20,000 bases of DNA. Source: Chiloscyllium plagiosum (Eukaryota). Shown one piece after another: positions 19,390 to 20,000 of the stretch; position 1 is the stretch's first letter; every line of letters starts with the position of its first letter. The position numbers and the translations under genes are program-made. Location of the stretch: the NCBI RefSeq assembly GCF_004010195.1, contig NC_057718.1, positions 14,832,072 to 14,852,071 of the forward strand, written 5' to 3'. The notes under the pieces were generated by a model. That model saw only the letters and a program-made list of their open reading frames with translations, had not been told where the DNA came from and did not search any database.

Positions 19390-20000
19390 AAGTGAATCTT
19401 ATCAGATCGAGTGGATCGGTTGGAGAGACAGATAGAAGCGATGACGAATTTGCGACAGCAACAGTATGTGATGGATGGCAGTTACAGGAAGGGGAGAAAG
19501 TCTCAGATACAGTCACATAGATGGGTTAACTCCAGGAAGGGTAAGAGAGGTACGCAGCTAGAGCAGGAGTCTTTTGTGGATATACCCATTTCAAACAGGT
19601 ATGCTGTTTTGGAAAAAGTAGGGGGTGATGGATTCTCAGGGGAACAGCCAAGTTTCTGGTATTGAGACTGGCTCTAATGCAACGAGGGGTACGTCAGCTT
19701 CCAAGAGATCAATTGTGTTAGGGGATTCTGTAGTCCGAGGTACAGACAGACATTTCTGTGGCCAGCAGAGAAAAAGCAGAATGGTGTGTTGTTTCCCTGG
19801 TGCTAGGATGAAGGATGTCTCAGAGAGAGTGCAGAATATTCTCATGGGGGAGAAGGGCCAGCAGGAGGTCATTGTCCACATTGAAACCAACGACATTGGA
19901 AGGGAAAAGGTTGAGATTCTGAAGGGAGATTACAGAGAGTTAGGCAGAAATTTAAAAAGGATGTCCTCAAGGGTAGTAATATCTGGATTACTCCCAGTGC
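19390..20000 (+). mobile_element. CR1 LINE ORF1 (SGNH esterase), relatively young, runs off the window end
   Basis: DRLERQIEAM...IPISNRYAVLEKV, a frameshift near 19643, then open to the end: SIVLGDSVVRGTDRHFC...VCCFPGARMKDVSERVQNIL...VIVHIETNDIGREK...RVVISGLLPV (GDS and GxND blocks). Confidence 0.88.

Noticed and set aside
1232..19896. ORF-track entries as host genes
   Set aside because: They are short and overlapping. Recognisable ones are sense or antisense frames of CR1, SINE or Penelope remnants (the CCWKSAAGQAAS ORFs are the palindromes). None of the rest resembles a protein I recognise.

Overview
Repeat-dense, apparently intronic or intergenic vertebrate DNA, very likely from a shark or other elasmobranch. 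This is inferred from HE1-type V-SINEs, CR1/HER1-type LINE tails ending in (ACTCTATG)n, and Deu-domain SINEs. No intact protein-coding gene is supported. The ORF track mostly reflects decayed retroelements: CR1 LINE pieces (ORF1 SGNH-esterase, ORF2 APE and RT remnants), L2 remnants, three SINE families, a probable solo LTR and two Penelope-like GIY-YIG fragments. The most striking signal is about 11 short Penelope-type terminal repeats from three families, each carrying a minimal type-I hammerhead ribozyme motif (CUGANGA-N-stemII-GAAAC-GUH), intact or decayed. Six are inserted as stand-alone 150-210 bp fold-back palindromes centred on the ribozyme. Five of these have clear 15-22 bp target-site duplications, and most are nested inside other repeats. 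A non-repetitive island at about 11.95-12.26 kb has a dense cluster of developmental transcription-factor motifs and is a candidate enhancer.
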